DNA of 63,996 bases, the filler included, from Craspedostauros australis (Eukaryota): NCBI GenBank assembly GCA_030167865.1. It is 8 parts of 8 records of this genome, joined end to end, with 100 filler letters (N's around TTAATTAATTAA, not from the genome) between each part and the next. Parts side by side here need not be neighbours in the genome. Positions count along the whole stretch, not along the records: positions 62,848 to 63,996 come from JALAGF010005066.1; 7 more parts are not named here. One strand, 5' to 3'. Numbering within the stretch: the first letter of the stretch is position 1; every line of letters begins with the position of its first letter. Made by a program: the position numbers and the translations under genes. Under the pieces are notes generated by a model that did not search any database, was not told the DNA's origin, and saw nothing but the letters and a program-made list of their open reading frames with translations. Shown piece after piece: positions 62,848 to 63,996 of this stretch.

Positions 62848-63996
62848 CCAAATGTCGCAATGATGCTGGATCCAACCACAATTGACGAATGACGGGGTCA
62901 TGTGGATCCCGAGAAGAGCAATGAATGGCGGAAGGCCATGATGGTACGGTTCAGTGATATAGCCATGGCGTGAGCATGGCAGATGATCAAGAAGAACCGG
63001 ATGCCGAATGATCGGCGAGATACTACAAGCACAGATATGAGATCGATGTGCGATAAGAATGAGATCGATGAGAGAGAGAGAGAGACTCGAATCTGGAATG
63101 GATACAGCTATGAGAGTGCGAGCCATGAACGGCGGATTCCAGATACAGTGAGCCAAGACGCATCGATATGCGATCAATGAGAGAGACGCGGGCATGTCGG
63201 ATGAAGAATCGAATGACAGAGCCGGAAGGGAGGAACCTCAGATGAATGGAGGATGAANNNNNNNNNNNNNNNNNNNNNNNNNNNGACGAAGAAGCTGCAG
63301 CATGATGAATCGATGCTATCCAGAAGAGGATGAAGGCGATCGACAACGCGGTTGCAAGGCAACACGACAACAGAGCTGGCCGCCGACCACAATGTACCAA
63401 TACCCAACGAAGGTGACGAACCAAGCATCAGAATCAGGAGATGACGATGGCTACGCAACTACACAGGAGACGATGACCGCTCCAGTGGCAACAGACGGAC
63501 CCAACTTCGACCAAGACGGGTCAATCATCATCAAGGACGTCGCAGGCATGAGGATCGATGCTATCCAATGGAGGATGAGAGTGATCGACTTCACCGCAGC
63601 GAGTCAGGATGTTGAGAGCGAACGCGATGGCGAGAGAGATTCGTGCACATCAACACTGGAATGATGCCGAGTCTATGAGCGCCTGAGGAACGCCAGGATC
63701 ATGTGGATCCTGATGATCGGAAGGGACGAAGTACGAGTGACTTGGAGGTAAGCCGCTGAAGGCACGGACCTCGAGTACTATCCCACGAGACCAGTGGCAA
63801 GGATGCCACGGATGACACGCGGCTTGGCACCGCACAACAATGCGCCAGAACACCACTCCAATTCAGATTCAAGCGGTGGAGGTGGTGAGTCAACTGAGGA
63901 AGTGGAGAAGACCCCAGCAACAGCGAGAGAGGGAATGAGACGTCCGAGCATGCATACACGGCTATGATGCTGGACCCCACCACATCCGAAGAATGC

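Noticed and set aside
62848..63996. Coding fragment in the last contig
   Set aside because: ORFs are short, gap-interrupted and without motifs.

Overview
Eukaryotic nuclear DNA, very likely a diatom. The evidence is bipartite plastid-targeting presequences, short GT-AG introns, CoDi-type Ty1/copia elements and an Ambal-like non-LTR element. The window is eight unrelated contigs joined by artificial 100-bp spacers (N44-TTAATTAATTAA-N44), so adjacency across spacers has no biological meaning. Contents by contig: (1) the 3' part of a non-LTR retrotransposon with RT, RNase H and a zinc knuckle; (2) a copia/CoDi pol fragment; (3) a DNA transposon whose three-exon gene splices cleanly into a ~1377-aa piggyBac-like DDD transposase, with a YqaJ/lambda-exonuclease-like domain nested between catalytic Asp2 and Asp3 and inverted subterminal motifs on both sides (the most interesting object here); (4) a gene-rich contig with an MDR oxidoreductase, a tandem paralog pair, a LON-domain plastid protein, an EamA transporter, a MACPF-like anchored protein, a thylakoid lumen protein, two glycosyltransferases and a kinase-like gene with an internal stop; (5) a 181/182-bp satellite array; (6) a lumenal FKBP and an aspartoacylase; (7) an AIM24-like 3' end, a secreted Cys/PT-repeat protein and a decayed copia element; (8) a short uninformative fragment. 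All family assignments come from motif recognition by eye, not database searches.
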